DNA from: Perkinsus chesapeaki ATCC PRA-425
Lineage: Eukaryota > Protista > Perkinsozoa
Assembly: GCA_013115145.1 (NCBI GenBank)
Contig: JAAPAO010000124.1
Span: 1-64,000 of the forward strand
DNA length: 64,000 bases
Direction of reading: 5' to 3'
The notes beneath the pieces are model-generated. The model ran no database searches, was not told where the DNA came from, and saw only the letters and a program-made list of their open reading frames with translations. This document shows positions 27,101 to 38,942 of this stretch, piece by piece. The translations under genes and the position numbers were made by a program. The first letter of the stretch is position 1; each line of letters begins with the position of its first letter.

Positions 27101-30100
27101 GCTGACGTGCATATAGGCGAACGCACGGCTTGTATAATCTGTGCCGCATTGATACTTGACGTCTGTCCGGAATCATTGAGCTGCTTGATCAGATTAAGCG
27201 AGATCTCCTCATTGAGTCTAGGGTCCACTCGTCAATCGAGTCCTGCATGGAGTCTGTATATGGGCGGTGAGTCTGGTAGGGATCTCACCTGATTGCTAGT
27301 TATTAATTAGATACAATCGAAGAGTTCACATGCGGGTTGGTTCGGCCTGTACTAAGGACTCTGATTGCAGTGCTAGTGGCCAATGCCTTATAAGTACACG
27401 ACGGGAGGATCGTTACCGTACAGCTTGGCGAGATGTAAGCTTGAAAACTACACTGCATTCATCCGTTAGCGGCGTATGCATTATGTTAAACTTAAAGACT
27501 CGGTATACCACAGCTTTATAATTTATGATACTCACCTTGCTTACTCCTTTTTACATAGCGAGTCCCTATTTAGGCCCATGAAGGTGGAATGAAACGAGAC
27601 CCTAACAGCAGACGTGTTGGCAGCGGCTACTGTAGAGTTCTCTCTGGTACGGACGAGATACCCCCTTTCGAAATTATCTATTGTATAGGCAAGGCTGCAT
27701 TAGTAGCCCTGCTCCAGTGCTTGGAGAGGGACTGGAGCCCGCTTATTACCAGAAATATTGCAATCGAGCTTGGTATGGGCCTCAATATTACCGTCGACAG
27801 TAAGACTGCTCACCCAGCAACTACCAAGCGCCGAGTCAGGTGTTGCTGAGGAGTTGATGTCAAGCGTTGGAATCAAGGGGAAGTGTGTGGGGCCTAAGAC
27901 TCCCCTAGAAAGTAGCATCTCCTGTGAGCTACTATACCGGCAAGGTTATAGTAGGTTACGATGATGACTTCAACGCTGGCAAGGATACCGCAGAGAAGTG
28001 TATCATGAGATCCCCTAAGACTTGCAATTGGAACATTAATGTAGGTCCTCAGGCTCATGGAACAGCAGCAGCAGCAGCCACCGCCTGCTCTATATCTGAC
28101 ATTCTTAGTTGTATACTTGTGTCCATTGAACACTGTTTGAGGTCATTAGCACTGGTACAGTCACAGTGTTTCACAATCGCAGTATGCGCAGTACTGAAAT
28201 GTTTCATACTTGATTTTTCTTAGTACTCCGATGATGTAACATCGGCTTGTGTATGAACAAGGCTTCCGACAGTCTGTATTGTACAACTAATATCAATCAA
28301 ATCGATATGTCTCAGATTATCTCTAGAGATTTCTGCGAGACCAACTACGATACAGACACGAGTTCTTGCCGACCTTTCGACGAGCAATGGGCGTAATCAA
28401 GCCTCTTGGAGGGCGTGCAGCCTTTGTGGCATCAGTTACCAACAGAGCTCCCCTAGTGTATGCATGCCTGTGAGTGAGCGATCAGATCAGCATTGTTGGG
28501 AGGCATTCGATAAGCTTGTAGAGACCACAGAAGAGTCGGCATGAATCTGCTCTGCTTCTGGAATAGTCTATACAGAATGTGCCTAAATGAAGCCACTACT
28601 ACCGAGCAGGCTGCTGCATGTGAAGCCCGACGTATGCTACACACACAATGGTTGACTGAATGCACTACTACAGTGTGCGATATAGTCGAGGCTCTAGGCG
28701 GTTCAGAGTAAGCTTTCAATTCATGCTCCTCACTCTCTGAGATGTACATCAGGTCTGGTTCGGGTTTTGTAAGCACAAGCCTCATCGACCAGCACTGTGA
28801 GACCGTGTCCCGATATTGATATGTTCATGGTCTCAGGCACTGTTACGAATAGGAATACAGCAATGCTATGTATGGATTCCTGTAGAGAGACCAGCGGCCC
28901 CCAGCCTTTAGCAGCCAGGGAGTGCTACAGGCCGATGGACCCTACTGAGACTGAGGACGACTGTAAGCGATCGAGTCACGATATAGTCCTTATAAGCATT
29001 CGACAGGCTTGAGAAGCATCGAGGGTGACGTTCAAGTACATTACCGTGTCGATGATGGAGTGGAGGTCCCCACGAGCGGAATGGTATTGGAGACTGATGA
29101 GCTTATGCGATCGCCTCATCCCCAACCGGCTTTTTGTACGTATTTGTTATACGCTAGTTAATAAAGTAACGTCGAGCTTGGAAAGGCACTGTGAGAAGCT
29201 TCGTCAAGGGCCGCAAATCGGCCCGACTTGTCGATATAGAAGCCCAGATGCAGAAACGTTGGGAGGCCGTCGCTCTATGGAAGGAGCAAGCCAAACAGGT
29301 GCGTCTGCTGATTCTTTCTGATGCTTGCGATCTCGTGGCTGCAGGGTAAATTGATGGCACAGGCTGAGCAGTACGACTTCAGCCAGCCTCGACTAGAGGA
29401 TGATATTGGAGACTCGCCTAGTAGGCGAGTGACCCCCTCACTTGCTTTCGTAACTCCTCGTGCAAGGTGACATCTTACAGAAGGCCCTTAGCGAATCATG
29501 TCATGCGCAGTGTGCATGCGACTGTGCCAGCTGTATGATCAACGGCACCGACACGTTCACGTTTGAATGCAGCTCAGCGGCCAAACTGCTCCGCAAGTAG
29601 ACTTGTCTGAGTCCTGTTTTCTGTCACTAGACAGTTTGTGTAACGGTTTGTCCCGATTTCTGTTCTCTATGATCAGACCAGGAGACTCATCCCCGTCCTG
29701 CACACCATGCCAAGTGTGCTGCATAGATCAGTGCTTACCCGACTGCTTGCTTGATAGGGGCCAATCACATCTGTGAGTGAAGGGATTCCCCACTGAGCTC
29801 AGTTTTTTTAGAAGTACTGGAGCTTCAGCTGCAGTGGAGTATGATCCAGAAGTGTTCCAGCCACACGTTGTTCAGTCGACCGTAGATTGCAAGAATTTGC
29901 TCATCGGTGATGCTCCCATGCACCACTGGTGGATCCATTTGCTCAGATGCGGACACAGCTTACGATACCAGGGTCCCTTGGACGGCCTCGAGCGATGCTA
30001 GTTATAAGAATATGTAGGACACTAGCTCTGCACCGCACTGTGAAGATTTCTAGCATCTCTTAGTGAGCGAATGAAGTGCCTTCATCAACGGAATACGTGC

Positions 30101-33100
30101 ATTCATAATATAGGATCGCGGGAGGATATCTTGTTGGGCTCCCAATCAGGTAAACTGTAAGACCACATCAGAGTTATGGTAGTGTTGATTCCTTAGCCGT
30201 TGATCCCGTCGTTGCGTACGAGATCTGCGAACGAGAAGTGTTGGCCGGCACAGTAAATCCCGACACACGAAGGTGACTGGTAAGGGTGAATGGGTCGGAC
30301 GTTATTAGTTCTTAGGATGCAGCAGATCTGGCGGTCTCGAACTTACCCTTTCACAGAAATAACAGATTTTGGCAAAACATTGCTCGGCCTCACTAATGAT
30401 AATTATGTTGGAGGTGAGCATTGCTTTTGACTACCGCCCCCTTCCATCACGACCTTGTCAGGTACGTTCCTGAATTGGGATATCACTATGAACTATGGTA
30501 AAGGAGGATGCTACTACCGATTACCGGACCCTTTACAAACCTTTGGAGGACCAAACAGAGCAACGAAGCCTTATCTTAGTTCGATTCAAAGTCAAGTGTA
30601 TGCAGATCTGTTCTCTGGCCAGGGTAAGAGTAGCACTTGGTCACAAACGGCTTGACATACTTGCTTGTTACATCTGAGTTTTCGGACTTCTATTGACACC
30701 CAAATATCGACTCAAAATGTCGCGGTGCTGTTGACGCCTGTAAAGGTCAATGCTGTCAGGGCTCGATAAGACTTAAGGCAAACTACCTGCTGTAGACAGC
30801 TTCTTGTAGAGAAGGCAACAGCACGAGTACAGAGTCCATCTCTCGCCAGGTATAGCTTCCCAAGGGTGGCCGAGCGAGTTCTCGGCAGCTTCCCAAGAAT
30901 TTGTGGAGTATAATTTGACCCCACCGGCATCAGCTAATCCGCAGCTGGTCGCTCAATATGAAGCCTGGAAGAGTCGATATCAGAATCTGGCCTGTAGATC
31001 GACCGACTCGATGACGTGTGCTTTGCAGAGATTTCACTGCTGGAATGAAGCTATCAGATTCTACATGTCACGACCAAGCCGTCATTGGTCCCAAGGCTTT
31101 CGAACCACAAGTCGTAGCTGTTCTTTTCCGGTATGTAATGTGGACCACGGAGTAACGACAGCTGCCGGAAGGGTAAAAGAAAAGTTTCCGCCCAGGTGAG
31201 AGACGAAGAGCTTTGCGCAGAGAAGTCGGGCTGCCTCGGAGCTGAGTGCCCATATTGCAAAAGTGACAACCTTCCTACTGAGCCTGATGGCATATGCCTT
31301 GACTACCAAGTAATCATAGGAGCTTCTCAAACAACAACAACTACTGGCCTCCAGCCTTCCAGCGAGACAGAATGCCATGAGAAGCAGGGAGGAATTTGGA
31401 TTGAAGGAAGCCTGTTCAACGTCACTTCTGGCAAAGTTGATCAGACTCCACCTGGTGAAGGAGTCTGTGCTTTGCCCCACAGGCCGTTGGTGTACGACAA
31501 CACGAAAGGCTCTGGTGGGCATCTGATACAGGTATTGCGTTGGCCCCTTACAGACGATACGAAGATGCGCCGACTTTGAGCCTTATAGTACATGCGAAGT
31601 GGATGAAGTAGCGAAGCTCATGAAGTGCAGATCGGCCCACAGGTGAGCTACCCTCATTGCAAGATTCGAGTCGACCATCTGTCAGGCAATGCCAAGACCC
31701 AGTATCTTGTGGTCTATCGGGACGGTGCTCGAGTTCACGGAGTTTGAATCTGAGAGAAGGAGGCGCTCCGGGCAGGTAAGCACGTCGTTCCGTCCTTTTC
31801 CTGATAAGTTGTAGATGCATAATCCCGCGCCTCGACTTTGATCTACTTCGTCTAGTCTGTCATAAAGCACTTGGAGTGTGTTTCTTCCCAATACATGAGA
31901 GCCCATGGGGATTGGTGGTCGTGGACATGGCGGAGGTATCGGCAGACCTTCTAACACCTGGTGCAGAGACTGCAGGGATACATTCTCGGTTGGGTAGAGG
32001 AAATTATGATCCTTCATTATTCAAGTGAGATGTGCTCAGCCTCAGAGACTTTTCATCGGGTGTTGATATCAGCTACACGTTATCGAGGACTGGTAAACTC
32101 GATAGGCAGCGCTGTCAGGAGGTGGGAGAGGAGATTGGTATGTCTCCTCTCTGGGTGGAGAGCTCGTGGACACGACAGGTGAGGAACAGAGTAAATACCC
32201 GATGCAGGATTCGAACCTACGACCATCTGCTCCGTAGGCAGACATTCTATCCAGCTGAACTAACCGGGCGTTAGAAATATGCGGAGCGTTGAAGAGTCTT
32301 TCGAGTACAACTCCACTGCTTTTCAGGCTTGCGAGGCGCTCCAGGGCTGTTGCATGATGAAGCGGCGGGGAGACTCTTCGGCTTGCGAGCTATTCTCGGG
32401 CAAGATCTTAGTGAGTTATGGTGCTTGCTCACCTACGCGCATCTCATGGCATCAGGATGCCTCTAACTCGACTGCCCTCGTGTTCGAGCGCGCTCGATGC
32501 CTGGAGACAGGTGGGGAGTGGCGATCGGTATGGTCATGGATCGATAGAGGGATGTGGATTTCCTCCGGAGAGCTGAAGTCGGCGTGTCCGTTAGTTTCAA
32601 TGTCATTTCCCGCATTCAGAGAGACCGGTCTGTCGTACACAGCAAAAGCCTTCATGCCAATAAATAAGTGGATACCAGATTACGAAGTCGATAGGAGCGT
32701 GAGACTGTCTAATGCGTGACAAGCCAGGGTCTTAACGCGTCACATTTTCCAGAAGCTGCGTGGCGTGCTCCTGAGTGCGTTCGGCCGGCTGACCTCTGAC
32801 GCATGGGTCGATTATATACGATGCCGAATGTCACCAACGTTGAAAGCAACGACGCTCATAGCGCAGATTTGTAGCCCACAATCGGCCCAGTTGGAGCCAC
32901 ACATTCGTGATTGGCTCGCTCGGTAACGGACTACACTTCGGAAATTCAACCTATCCACGACAGTTACGAGGAAAATCTTGACGAGTCTTACGAGTCTTTT
33001 GACCCGGCGGGACGGTCCTTTGAAAGGCTATCCGACATCAAGGGGTTGCGTGTTAGCTGGTTATCAACTGAAAGGCTAATGCAACATGGACTAGCAGACA

Positions 33101-35107
33101 CAGTGGTCACCGGTGATGGAACTAGCGTAGCTTGGCAAGAGTAAGCGGTCATAAAGCTTGTCAGTCGCTATCTGTCTTGTAAGGCCCTGTGGCGCAACGG
33201 TAGCACATCTGACTCCAGATCAGAAGGTTGTCCGTTCGAATCGGGCCGGGGTCATTTAGCTCATTCTTCGCTTCTTCCCCGACGATATTTTCAGCTCATT
33301 TCTGATCGGCTCAATTAACTAGACTCCTCATTCTGGCAAAGCGCGTTTGTTGTAGGTCAACCGTGTTATCAGCGGACGAAGAGGAGCTCATCGAAGGATT
33401 AGAGGAGGCGCAGAGGTCTTCAGAATCCTCCACTGTCGTGGTCCAATAACTATGCCTCCAGGTCCTACGGGACAAACATGATTAAAGTCGAGACCATTCC
33501 AAGGGAAGAAGCTCTTACATTAGCACCTAACCTGTTAGCGTTGCCAGGAAGATACGCGTAAGTTTCATGACCAACACCACGGTGACATATGACCCGTAGG
33601 TTCGCTATGGCTAAATTGTCGAGGATTTCGCCAACGGCATCACCTACACCACCACAGGCCACGAAGTTGCCGGGGTTCACTAAGGTACAACTCGCTATAG
33701 CAGGGAGGTTGCTCTCGCCCTTCTCAGGTCGGATCCGACTCCTATCCCGAAGCCTTCATACAGTTTATGATTAGGATGGCCAATCCTGAGCTATTCACGA
33801 CTACCACCATGTCACCGGAGCAGAAAGCAGTAGCTCGCACTTTACTGGAGACCGGTCCATGATTACCCCAGGAAGAGGAATCACTTAGCAAGCTGTATGC
33901 TGGAATGAAGTCGGAGGATCCCCGACTTTATCTTACTTACGAATTCAATGAAAGCTCAATCCATGATTCGGAGGGATTGGTATGTTGTTACCTCAATTCA
34001 AGTTGTACTGCGTGCCTCCTTTAGATAGGCAACCCTGTACCATTCACGAATTCGTCATCTTGTTGGAGTAGCGTATCCAATTCGCAGGTAGACCAGATTG
34101 ATATCACGCGTTAATCGGGTATGATCTTGCGACTTCAGGGACGTGCTGTTGGTCAAGTTGTCGGGGACTGCGTTCATCTACAATTCGCCCGTCCACTTGC
34201 TGCTCCAGTGGAGCTATGCCTACCTATAGCCCCTCCTGAAATTGTGCCTCGTAACACTACAGCCTTTGTAGCAATTAATGTAAAAGAAGACTATATTCTC
34301 ATGTCAGGATACAATGGATTTTGGCGTGCTTCGAACAGCTCAAAGGTTCGGCTTGATCGAAGCCACCGATGGATTTATCACACCGGATTCCACGTCTGAA
34401 TGGCTAACAATTGCGTCGCAATTACCTCGTATGGAACAGATACGGGCTACTAAGACCAGGCGACAGATGGATTCGTGCACTTGGGAAACAGCTCACCAAA
34501 GCGACTGATACGTACATATGCGCCTTGGTTATGGAACAGCATCGGACGTGAGTAACCTTTCCACTGAATAACTGCTCATATTCGATCACAGGTACTGTCC
34601 TATTATGAGGATGAATGACTCAATGCATGTTTGGCCCGCAGATGAGATAGTTTTCGCTGAAGATACTCCATCTGCTGAGACTTCATGCAACGAGATTGAT
34701 ACGTACCATATTGACCACGGCGCATTTTGGACAACGGTATTCTGTAGAATACTCGATAACGTGCATCGTACACAATTTGCCGGAGAAGACATCTCATACA
34801 AAGAACTTGGCTCACTTCGGACGACCTCAGATGACAAGTCACCGACCTAACCCTCCTGACGAACGATGACCTGTTATAGATACCACTGTACCGAGTGCAA
34901 TGGTGGCTTACTGAGCACCAACACATCGAATTCTTCAGGGTATCACGGTAAATATTGTAACTCCTTGAGATAGGTGTGTTCCTCAGGATAAACCTGCCGC
35001 TAAATGGTGAACCGAAAACAACAGCTGCCCCACAAAAGTCAATGGCAATAATGTCATTCGATAGGCTTCTCATTAGCTTCATGCTCATCTCGATATTCAT
35101 GCCGTGA
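24105..35107 (+). CDS. Very large Cys-rich putative secreted/GPI-anchored surface protein, dozens of exons (may be more than one gene)
   Basis: Signal peptide at 24105 (MLLCKAVGAIICITILTKAAIL). A chain of plus-strand exons joins in frame where tested, carrying GDPCCN, CTKDSDC, CFWNSLYRMC, RCLETGGEW and YCPIMR. The C-terminus is hydrophobic (RLLISFMLISIFMP*). Confidence 0.55.
32196..32269 (-). tRNA. tRNA-Arg(ACG), antisense within an intron
   Basis: GCCCGGT..GTTC/GAAT D arm, TCTGC-CTACGGA-GCAGA anticodon arm, GTAGG-TTCGAAT-CCTGC T arm, ATCGGGT acceptor strand. Confidence 0.93.
33183..33254 (+). tRNA. tRNA-Trp(CCA), intronic, with D-stem mismatch (A24)
   Basis: Full cloverleaf with TCTGA-CTCCAGA-TCAGA anticodon arm; D stem GCGC/GCAC. 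Confidence 0.9.
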
Positions 35108-35218
35108 AACCCAATATATCATGTTGTGCAGTTAGTGGACGCGCAACCTCAACGTGGAATGTTGGTGCGCCTGTCGCGGCCATGAGACCGGGAGAGACTA
35201 GCAAGAAATTAACAATTG

Positions 35219-35290
35219 GGCCCTGTGGCGCAACGGTAGCGCATCTGGCTCCAGATCAGAAGGTTGTCCGTTCGAATCGGGCCGGGGTCA
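35219..35290 (+). tRNA. tRNA-Trp(CCA), with G31-U39 wobble
   Basis: Full cloverleaf, differing from the 33183 copy at 2 positions, followed by a TTTT Pol III terminator. Confidence 0.93.
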
Positions 35291-35518
35291 TTTTGAGGCG
35301 AATCCTTGCGGTTTTGGCAAAACCACATTCCCTATCCTAAAATCAAGCTACGCGTGGCACCTTAAAACATTTATCCGTAGAATTTCAAGTAAGAACTATC
35401 TCGACAAATTGAGAGCAAGAGCCTCATCTTGGAATGGTTAAGGAACGTGTATTATAGGTCTCATTGATTTCACGAGGGGCTCACTAAACGCAACTCGTCA
35501 CAGTCATTTCAATGAACG

Positions 35519-36199
35519 CTATTCAAAACAGTTGAATCGTTGTTCAGGCCTCCAGTAGACTTCACCGTATGATGCAAGGACTTCCCTTCCGGCCTAATTT
35601 TCAATCTTATACTTTGCAATGAGCGAAAGTCACCAACCGGAATATCTTGGATCGCCAATACGTTAGCAATTTTCCGTTTCTTGTCTTTAATGAATTTAGC
35701 GTTGATCCTTGTCGCGTCTTTACAATCATTGATGTATCTTCCCCAAACTTTAAATGAATACTTCGCATCGATGTGACAATTGATGCCAAACCCTCCTAAA
35801 AAGAGAAATAATACGATGAAACCACACATGCTGAGCTCGGCGCTGCTGCCATACCCATAATATAAGACCGATCTTCTGTCTGGAGAACCTGCGCTAAACT
35901 GAGGCTTCTTCCAGAATATTCGCATATGAGGGATCCTTCAGCGAAGTTCTCCGTTGTGAAGAGGCCAAGCTGACCGTGGACCACTTCAGACTCTTTAACT
36001 TCCAAACCTTGAAATGCATCGGTGTGATCCGTAATATTCCAAGCTGTAGGAGCCACACGTATCTGATATGCTTACCAGGAAAAGTCGAATAATCGAATTT
36101 AACTCGATGAAGAGGCAACCCCGGAATTATCTCCAAGCTTCCATCGAGGGGCGCCTCGTTACATGACGATCTCGCAACGTCATCATTGGAGTTGGCCAT
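35519..36199 (-). CDS. Small SET-domain lysine methyltransferase (multi-exon; 5' end uncertain)
   Basis: GQLGLFTTENFAEGSLICEYSG, GRYINDC..NAKF and GREVLASYGEVYW. Confidence 0.85.
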
Positions 36200-37007
36200 A
36201 AGCTACTGGAAAGGTATGGAGAGCAATCACTTATGGCATCATTCCGAAAGGTGTGAACGTCTCCTTTAACCACTCGAAAAAGAGACTTACCCACCACCGG
36301 CGGCAAGACCTTTTATCACAACAATGTTGCCGACCAATTACTAGATGAAACACAACAGATGTTATTCTCTTTTATCTCAACCACTACAGTTTACAACCTT
36401 GTAGCAAGGCCTTGAGCAATCTATTCAATAATAACACTACATGATTCCTACAGGAGTATTGCTCGCAGCATTAGTAAAACGTTATCTCCATTATTGGCAC
36501 TTTGGCACTCAGAACCATAGGAGATGGGCACGGAAACCCAAAGAATAAATGCTACGATTGAGTTATTTGAGAAGAGAGTCATACACTACGTTGCCAGGAA
36601 CAATTAGCTACGAAGCACATAAAGTAAACACGGTACTGCGGATCAACCCGCAGACGATGATGGACTACAGCCACACCTGAAAAATGGGTACTCCTTGGAA
36701 CCGAACAAGGGAACCATGAAGAGCGGAAATTAATGAGTAACCTCCACGATGTCGACGAGGGGAAACTCTTAGCGACTGGTGGCAACAAATGTGTCAGGCA
36801 CCAGATCGAAATGAGACACTCAGAACAGAAAACAGCAATAGAAAATAGTAAAAACGCTGCTCATCGCTACTGTCAACCAAGTGTCTTTGCACGTTAAGTA
36901 AATATTCACAATTTGTTGAGTAGTACAACTAGTCAAGCAATAGAGAAAGTAACAGTAAGAAAAGCTTCAGTTAAGCTCGATAGATTATAGTGATGTTTGA
37001 AATTACA

Positions 37008-38117
37008 TTAGAAACCATCGTAGGTCTCAACTTTAATAATAGCATTGCCATTAACTACTTGGTCAGATCCAACCGACCTAGCAACCATGGCATCACAGGG
37101 CTCCCTGAACACCACGAACCCAGTCTTTGGTGGGACAGGACGGCCACATTTAGACGGGCAGCGAGACTTCAATGGTAACATTAAGACGTGCTCTACAGCA
37201 TCCTTCTTACCAAGCAGATTATCAAAATAGGATTTGATCTTGGTACTGCATCGGCTGCCCAATCTATGACAACGTTTAACCAAGAGGACACGAGAACAAC
37301 ACTCTTCCTCAGTTGGTGGCAAAAGATTCTTCACATCGGTTAAAGTGAGGACCGCACAAACACCAGTAGAACCAGTGTTGGTGGTGTAGATATCATCAAT
37401 CGACAGTAGATCATTGATAGGCGCACCTTCCTCCACGTGGTGGTGCTGCTGCTCGACAGGCTTATAGTAGCGCTGAGGGGAGGACTTCCTAGTAGCTCCA
37501 ACAGGAACGTTCTTAAGCAACTCGGTATCAACTTCAACTTGAGGCAGAACCGGCGAGTCGAAACTCGTGACTGTCACGAGCGGACCTAAAGCTCCCGAAA
37601 CACAAACCTTGGCAACGTCCTCGACATCAGGAAGGACCAACACCGCAACCGCAATGCGCAGTGCGTCAACCTTAGGGGCATCACTGGAGGCAGCCGGAGC
37701 CAACACAAACAATGATTGAAGAGCTGATGGCAGACGAGATGTGAGGAAGTTCATAGTGGGAGGTGATGAGATATCCTTGGCGTGAATAGCGACCATTAGA
37801 TGCCTCAGAGATGGAAGGAGCTCGAGAACCTCGTGGACGAGGGCCTCCTCATCACGGAAGAAACGAACCGATGAGGACTCTGTGTCGAGCAGAGATAGGC
37901 TTAAAGGGTCCGCGGATTGGTAGAGTGAGGGAGTGTAGAGATCACTAGTGGTGCTGCTACTGCGGCCCCAAGACGAGGCTGTGGAGATCGGCGATAACGG
38001 GGCAATGGAAGGAGGAACGAAGGTGTCGAAGGTGTTGCAGTAATCCATATTAGAAGATGAGAGGAATAACGAAATAGCTGAGGAGGTGCTACCAAGAATG
38101 GATTCATCGACGGCCAA
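37008..38117 (-). CDS. Intronless protein with C-terminal dinozoan-type RRM
   Basis: 369-aa ORF; C-terminus RVLLVKRCHRLG...IKSYFD...VEHVLML...KTGFVVF..P.DA...G.DQVVNGNAIIKV. The true start may be the internal MDYCNT. Confidence 0.8.
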   Translation of the reverse strand: MAVDESILGSTSSAISLFLSSSNMDYCNTFDTFVPPSIAPLSPISTASSWGRSSSTTSDLYTPSLYQSADPLSLSLLDTESSSVRFFRDEEALVHEVLELLPSLRHLMVAIHAKDISSPPTMNFLTSRLPSALQSLFVLAPAASSDAPKVDALRIAVAVLVLPDVEDVAKVCVSGALGPLVTVTSFDSPVLPQVEVDTELLKNVPVGATRKSSPQRYYKPVEQQHHHVEEGAPINDLLSIDDIYTTNTGSTGVCAVLTLTDVKNLLPPTEEECCSRVLLVKRCHRLGSRCSTKIKSYFDNLLGKKDAVEHVLMLPLKSRCPSKCGRPVPPKTGFVVFREPCDAMVARSVGSDQVVNGNAIIKVETYDGF

Positions 38118-38454
38118 AGGGAGGCGATAATACAGAAAGGGAGAGTACGCTAGCTAATTGAGTGATTCACTGCCATCTTGTCCCGATTTTTGTGTACAAA
38201 TTATCAACTCTATAGAGAGCCTCCTCAAAAGGCAATAATACATTGACAGTAACGACTTTACCGTTTGTCTTGAACTATTGGAAAGATAACTGCGTTGAAT
38301 CTACCACTACCAATCACATTGTGCAATCTGTCTACTTAATCACCCCTACATTTATTCCTTTGCGTCTGCGTGCGTAGCTGATCCAACACGCACATCACCA
38401 ACAAGACTGTATCAACACAAGGCTTTCTAAGATCGAATGGTACATTGTACATCA

Positions 38455-38874
38455 TCACCGCCAGCTCTCTCGCATGTATTCCCTCGCATGACGGTAAGCT
38501 GGTCGCCCTGTTCTTATCAACGTTGATGGAGACCTTCCTCTTAACGATGCACATCGCTCTCTGATCTCATCATCGAACCCTCCTCCTCGTTCCTCGCCGG
38601 GTGATCTGCTTGCGATCGGAGAGGTGCTCCTCGTCCTCAAGCGCTGCCTAAGTATGCTGTTCTCTTCTCTGAGGACGCGCAGTTCCCTCAGAGCGTTTTG
38701 GTCGCCGCCAGCGGCAATCTCTCGGAGCTCGACATTTTCGCACCGCAAACGTCGATTCTCTGCACGCAAGCGCACAATCTCCTCTGCCATTTCTTGGTTA
38801 GCTTGAAGCTGCAAAGGTATGGACTCGGCGATTCGGGCTTCGAGGAGAGCTAATCGGGACGATGGAGACGACAT
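38455..38874 (-). CDS. Hypothetical coiled-coil protein
   Basis: MSSPSSRLALLEARI..., heptad-rich with an R/S-rich tail. Confidence 0.55.
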   Translation of the reverse strand: MSSPSSRLALLEARIAESIPLQLQANQEMAEEIVRLRAENRRLRCENVELREIAAGGDQNALRELRVLREENSILRQRLRTRSTSPIASRSPGEERGGGFDDEIRERCASLRGRSPSTLIRTGRPAYRHAREYMRESWR

Positions 38875-38942
38875 CACATAATCCAAGTTCACACAAACTG
38901 TCCCCGCGCACACAAAACTGCAGACAACTCAAAATCGACGAA

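Noticed and set aside
25338-27228. Minus-strand ORFs 26224-26457 and 27046-27228 as separate genes
   Set aside because: Plus-strand exons of the large Cys-rich gene explain the region better.
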